A stretch of 64,000 nucleotides of DNA from Tubiluchus corallicola. Lineage: Eukaryota > Animalia > Priapulida. Under the pieces are notes generated by a model, which saw only the letters and a list, made by a program, of their open reading frames with translations, was not told the origin of the DNA and did no database searches. Where the stretch lies: the NCBI GenBank assembly GCA_030141605.1, contig JAQGDQ010000020.1, positions 372,001 to 436,000 on the forward strand, given 5' to 3'. Shown here piece by piece: positions 58,101-64,000 of the stretch. Both the position numbers and the translations under genes were made by a program. Each line of letters begins with the position of its first letter. Position 1 is the first letter of the stretch.

Positions 58101-61100
58101 TTAACATTGTATATTTCATATACTGTTCAGAAGTTTTTGGATGATTAAGCTCATCTCGTAATATTGTCGGTACTTTTTCTTGTAGCAGAAGTGGAGCCTC
58201 GTTGTTACGGCCACCATCAAACATACCAAATAATGCTTCATCAGCTCCATACTGTGGTATCCTTACTTGAGTAATACACAATCTACACAACAGTAAATTT
58301 CAATTTAAAACTTGAATTAAGCAAAAATATTATAATCTTACGAAAATGATTTGGTTGCTAAAGAATTGTTAGATGTGATAAATCTTTACTAAATCCTCTA
58401 GACTGTACTCAAAAAATATTTTAATGATGTTCAGAATAAAAACAAGAGAATAAATTTTTCATTTACTCACTTGTTTCGAGAACCAGAAGTTTCTGAAAAT
58501 CCTACAGACCATGGTGGTTCCTGTATAATAGTTGGTTCTCCTATTAATGTGCTGCGACTCCGCCCGGTCATGTCCACAAGAGAAATATTCTTCACTGAGC
58601 TAAACACAAGGTAAAATCATACCAAGTTTCCAAATAACACTTGTAAAAGTTCAACTAAATTAAAAATCTTACACTGATTTAGCATAAAAGCAATATTAAC
58701 TTTTAATTATGTTGTTCCTCTTGACAATAAATGCACATCAACTATGCCTACCTGAATGACTGAAATGATTGTGGACTAACTTGTAGCCCCGAATTACATG
58801 ACACATCTAAATGTTTGAGTTGCGAAGCCATAATATTGGAAACAGAGACTTTGTGCAGTTGGTTACATCCTACATCGAGCACCTGCAAAAAATGGAAAAA
58901 AATTACTCATACACTATCGCATACCTTACAGGTTAAAAGTAAGGATCAAAAACTATCGTAGGAAACAACAGGCATTTGAATTAAAAAATAGAAATTGATA
59001 TAGTTCATCTGCTTCATTGGCTATAAACCAGATAATTGTTTACCTTCAGTGAAACTGCCTTGTAAAAGTCAGGCAACGATCGCAGGATGTTTGAATGAGC
59101 TCGTAGGACAATTAATTTGGGAAGCTGTCCAATTACATCAGGCAGGTATTGCAGCTTGTTCCCAGAAACGTTCAGTTCTTCAAGAACCTCTAGCTTACAC
59201 ACAGCTCTGAAGAAACCAGAAAAAAACATTAACGATGCCATACTATCATCCAGAAACATATTACTTAAAACTTACTACTGCAAAAATAGACAACAAGCAG
59301 TTGTTAGAATACTTACTCATGGGATATCTCTTGTAGGTCATTGTATGCCATATGCAGAATTTTCAACCTTGGATATTCACAGACTTCTTCAAACACTGAA
59401 TCTACTAAGTAGTTACAAGAGAGGTACAGTTCAGACACTTTGTTCAAGTCTTGTATTTGGTTTAGAGGTGGAAAATGTGTCAACCGGTTGTTTGTAGCAT
59501 TGAGAATACGCAACCTGCAAGACCAAAATGACATTGATAAAAGCAGTTACCCAACGTATGTGTAATAGCAGCTTAGCAAACAAAAGAATTCAAAGTAAAC
59601 TTTAACCCTTTCACTACGTACTTGCTTATTAACAGGGCCACATCAGCTTTTGCACATTTGACAATAACTTCTTGTGGTGCGTTCTAAACAGAATCTTCTA
59701 CATAAACAGCTATTTGTCATTAAACAGTAATATTGAATATTAGTCTTATTTATACACATGCGCACACATACGTGCACACCCACACAAATAAGCACATACT
59801 TATGTTTAGAAACCAGTTTTCATAAAAGACGCAATACTTATTCATAATATGCAATCATTTTATAAGAATGCAGAACAATCAACTAAATATACGATCAGTT
59901 GTTTTGTCAAGTGATCAACTAACATTTCATCAACGATCTACAAGTAATTTTGCGTGTGGGAACATACTATGCAGTACAGTATTGTGGAATGTACCTGGCT
60001 TCAAAGTAACCCCAAGGCTGTCAAACTTTTCTTTAATGTTTTGCAGACCTGCGGTTAGTACTGAGCTTGGGTGGCAGTCTGCTGCCTTCCGTCCCTTACA
60101 AGAAAAACGTAGGCAGCAGTGTGCCACCTTCCATAGTGAAAGGGTTAAAAACAAAAGTTAAAGTTTGGTAGTCAAAACTTAAAACTTTATTTTGAGAACA
60201 TATTTTATATGAGGAGGAGTTACCAACTTTTAGTTTTACTTAAAAATAGTGACTAATGTCATACTTTGTACAGTTAACAAGCAGGTTGTCAGGAAGGTGA
60301 GCAATTCTGTTGTATTCTATATGCAAAGTTTCTATCATACAGTTTTCCACCCATTCCGGAAGTACAGTCAACTGATTGTGATCAACCATAAGTAATTTAA
60401 GATTCTCCATATTACACAACAATCTACAGAAAAACAAATTTCAATTCAATTCAGTAGATTTATTTCGCAATAAACATATACATATGCATTACATGTGCAT
60501 CGATAATCAGTTTTTGTTAATACAAAATTATGATACAATTCATGAATTCTGCACTAGAGACCCGAGAAGCTAGCTTATGCTAGGCCACTAAAATTAGTTA
60601 CGAGAAAAATTACAATATATTGCTAATGGCTAGTGTGAGTTACAGTGGGCATTAGTAGTAATAATTTCCATAACTGCAATGTAAACTGATGGTCGGTACA
60701 GAGAAATGATAAATGCTTTAACACATTCGTTAAGCATTTGTGGAGGAGGCAACACTTGTTTAGACTATATGGAGGTGCTCATTGCAGATATATATAAGGG
60801 TGGGAAGTAATAAAAATATTATTATACTAGAGGGGAAGTTTTTGAAAATGAAAAACAACAAATCATGATTGAGTGATCAGTTATATGTTTCAAGCAAGTT
60901 TAGTTTATAATTTTTTTCAAATATGTACAGCGTGTTGGCATTTTTAATAGCTGGAGCAATTGAATTCCATATACAAGGGCCATTGTATTTAATAGAAAAT
61001 TTTCTAACATTTGTGTTGCACTGTATGTAGTGATAGTTAAGTCTACATCGTGTACCGTAATTATGTATCTCAGCATTCAAACAAAAATAATCAGTAAATA

Positions 61101-63222
61101 AGGGTGGCAATAATTTATGAGAGAATTTGTACATGAAAATGGAAGTTTGGAACTTATTAATGTCATAAATGTTTAGACTTTTAAATATTGGTTGTGTATT
61201 GTCCTGATAACCGCAAATGTTATAGCTCACACTATTTTCTTCTGAATCATGTGAATTTTTTTTCAATCGACTGGTGTATGTGCTTCCCCAAATAATGTTT
61301 GAATTATTAAGATATAGTAAAAAAAGAGAATTATATAATAATACAAGTACTGATTCAGGCAATATGTGTCTAACTCTGTATATAATACCTATGGTTTTTG
61401 GAGATTTTGCTTTCGATAAATCTAAGATGTTCTTGCCAAGTTAGGTGTTCATCTATGATGATGCCCAAGAACTTAGTATATTTTACTTTATTTATTGGGA
61501 TTTTTACTGTATGATTACTAGGGATTCTTTTATTTTTATATGTGAATACAATAAATTTAGATTTTTCAATATTCAGTGATAACTTATTAGCTTTAAACCA
61601 GGTGTGAATGAGAACTAATTGAATATCTTTAAAGCAGGTTGAATGAAATACAGTATGTCAAATAATATAGTTGTTCCTTAAACAATAACTGCAACTTTTA
61701 TTTTTCAGTTTATTAAACTCAGTTTAATTCTCGTTTAACAGAACCAATCGCCTATTTGACTTAAAAACGACTGGTACCAGCCGGTCATATTCAAATGTAT
61801 ATAAAAACTGTCAATAATTGACTCCTTTGCATAACTGACTCAATACTTTTTCTTTCACGTCTCATTTTAAAATAAGACACTTGTGTGTGCCCAAAGAGCT
61901 TTTACTGCTTTTATGTCATCTTTACGTAGATTTGGTGCACAGCTTTGGTACAGGTACAGGATGTTACGTACAGCTTTGTTTGTAAGCAGGTACAGCGCGC
62001 TTATCATATGCGCTAATAAGTTAACGTAGTGGTTTTGTTTTGTCACCCGCTGCAGTTATTCTCGTTATTTCTGGAAGTTAAACATTTAATCATTTGTCCA
62101 GCGGTTTGCTTTTGAATTTCGCGCTGCTTTTCACAAGGGAAACAAGGTCATCACCAGCTGCAGCTCAAGCACTAGGTGACTAGGTATTTTGCGTGAATTT
62201 TCCATGTTTATATCAGTATGAGAATTTCATAACCTGCATGAAGAAACGAAGCAACCAAACGTGCAAAAATTCTTGTAACTTTTAGTGGTAATAATCAGAT
62301 TCATGCGATTTTAAATTTTTTTTATTAATTCACTTATATAAATTAGTATTCTAAAATAAATGCACATGGGAATTTTGATTAGTTTCTAAGATTCATTTAA
62401 AGCCTTTGGAATGCATACTAAGGTGATGAGTGATGATGACTCATATTTCTATAACAGTAATAGGCTACACACTTCCGCAAATTGAATCAGTTGGTTACTT
62501 GGGTTGAAACACTTCCATCTCAAAGTGAGTCTATCAAGATGCGCCTACTGTACAATAAGCCACACTATTAGCTGCTATTCTTCTCAATGCAAAGAGCACA
62601 TGTAGCAACACAAGGATAAAAAATTAGTGAGGCAAACCGAATGAGGCAAAAGTTTCAGGAAAATTTCACTAGTAAAACAAACCTGTTTGGAAGTATGGAC
62701 AATCGATTGTGTCGTGCCAATAATTTTTCTAGCCTCCACAAGTCACAAATCCACTCTGGTAATTTGTTTAGTTCATTGCTAAATGGGAAAAAAATCAAAA
62801 CATCAAAGTTCAAAGGTATTGTGCAACTGGCTTTCATTATTAAATTCATTAAATTATAACATTAAAAATGAGTTGGAAAGCTGCCTAATTTTACAAAATA
62901 AAAGCCTCAACATGGAAACAGTGAGCAATGCCTAACATCAGCTACTTTGATAAACTTAAGCAATAAAGAGCACTCTCTCTATATGTAGACTGCAAAACAG
63001 TTATTAAGTTATTAAACGAACATGTTTGTTCCCAGAATTTGAGAAATACGACCGCAAGTGTTAATAAGTTCCATAAGCTTAACGACAAATACAGAGATTG
63101 ATATTCTACTACCTGTACCAAGTGTTTAGAAAAGCTAGCAGCAAATTTGTGTAACACTTACTGACTGAGGTCTAGAATCCGTAAATTTTCAGGCAGTGGG
63201 GTCATGTACACGCTCTGAAGAC
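52148..63222 (-). CDS. PHLPP: PH domain leucine-rich repeat protein phosphatase (LRR + PP2C-like domain + C-terminal PDZ ligand), 5' part beyond window
   Basis: Exons on the minus strand: 63162-63222, 62683-62778, 60265-60423, 59317-59514, 59044-59206, 58752-58882, 58471-58599, 58091-58282, 56855-57086, 55852-56076, 55088-55248, 54630-54807, 53788-53962, 52148-52440. LRR units (LEELNVSGNKLQYLP, LRAHSNILRSLP) are followed by PP2C-like blocks (GFSETSGSRNKL, ALFGMFDGGRN, ANVG, TRLLGCSYLYP, DIAQSYGSKENLSV). The protein ends DTRL*, similar to human DTPL/DTAL. Confidence 0.93.
52645..53562. mobile_element. Tc1/mariner pogo/Tigger-like MITE, copy 1 (PHLPP last intron)
   Basis: TA|CAGTAGGCGCCGCTTAATAGACTCAC ... 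GTGAGTCTATTAAGCGGTGCCTACTG: 26-bp TIRs with one mismatch. Confidence 0.85.
57378..57456. mobile_element. Tigger-like terminal/mini inverted-repeat remnant
   Basis: TA|CAGTATAAACCGTTAATAACGAG ... CTCGTTATAGCCGAGGTCAACTG. Confidence 0.4.
59606..60144. mobile_element. piggyBac-like non-autonomous MITE, copy 2 (PHLPP intron)
   Basis: TTAA|CCCTTTCACTA ... TAGTGAAAGGG|TTAA: CCC-initiated TIRs with an intact TTAA TSD on both sides, the piggyBac signature. Confidence 0.85.
60437..61620 (-). mobile_element. 5'-truncated degenerate LINE (CR1/L2 group) in PHLPP intron
   Basis: Peptides WFKANKLSLNIEKS and KYTKFLGIIIDEHLTW, plus ORF 60877-61362 (IIWGSTY..TQPIFKSLNI..FMYKF..HNYGTR..SIKYNGPCIWN). AATAAA and a (TTGAA)n tail lie near 60437-60463. 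Confidence 0.8.
61710..62550. mobile_element. pogo/Tigger-like MITE, diverged copy 2
   Basis: The right end is GTGAGTCTATCAAGATGCGCCTACTG|TA and the interior is collinear with 52645-53562; the left TIR is degraded. Confidence 0.7.
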
Positions 63223-64000
63223 CTGAAAAAATAAAAAATTACAAGTACAATATTTGTTCACTAATGAATTGTGATAATACAAAAGAGTGGAACATGCGCA
63301 AAAGGAATGTCGTAACACTTTCCTAAAGTTAACAGGAAAAAGTAATAGACAAGTACAACGGCAATCAGAACACATTTCACACAATATGTGAAAAGAATCT
63401 GGAGCACTGTATTTACTTATTAAAGAAAGGTCTTTTAACCACTTTTGGCTGTAACAGACTGCCTGGTCTCCACCTTGAAATCACAATTACAGGCAAACAT
63501 TCCTTTAACACTATGTGAAAGAAAAGCTGGATTGTATGGCAAGAGAAATAATTGAGTGGCTATAATATGGAAATAGCGACCAAGGTTTTGCAGGGCTGCA
63601 CCTGATTGGTGAATGGATGAGTGATCACCAAGAAAAATTGTTTCCGGATGGTTTTATCTACCAACCATTTTTCTTGCTGAGGAGAATGCATAATGCATCT
63701 CATACATCCCTGCCAATTCAATTTGATCTTAAGAGGATTATAATTGCCAATGAACAGTTTTTTGGTTCACAACATCATTTAAATTGCCATTGTACGGTGG
63801 ATACTCACTTGTATCACGTTACCTTACATAAAAAATGCACATTTTGCCTTGATAAAACAAATAAAGTTAAAATACCTTTGCATGAGGAAAGAATTAAATC
63901 CTACACTATTAGAAAAGAAAGGCCTTGAAAAACATTAGACAAACAAGTAAATTATACTATAAAACACAATGGCAGTACGAAATTGCTACTTAAAGTACCA

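Overview
AT-rich, intron-rich animal genomic DNA, most likely from an invertebrate bilaterian; not prokaryotic. Four spliced genes were rebuilt by hand from GT-AG boundaries. (1) BBS12 chaperonin-like gene, minus strand, at least 8 exons over 1916-6655; first exon unresolved and 3' end not found. (2) A complete 26-exon ABCB1/P-glycoprotein, plus strand, 16360-40382, arranged head-to-head with BBS12. (3) A complete 6-exon proteasome alpha-7 subunit PSMA7, minus strand, 43251-50235. (4) The 3' portion of PHLPP (LRR, PP2C-like domain and PDZ-binding tail), minus strand, 52148-63222, continuing past the right edge. Introns and intergenic DNA hold many non-autonomous DNA transposons (piggyBac-, hAT- and pogo/Tigger-like MITEs, plus a 950-bp foldback element), a decayed Academ-type transposase fragment and three 5'-truncated LINE remnants. 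I found no clearly new multi-gene system. The best leads are the expanded four-cysteine extracellular loop 1 of ABCB1, its alternative first exons, the foldback element between an RFX X-box and the BBS12 coding exons, and a strand-biased hairpin downstream of PHLPP. Homology calls are from memory of the families; no database search was run.
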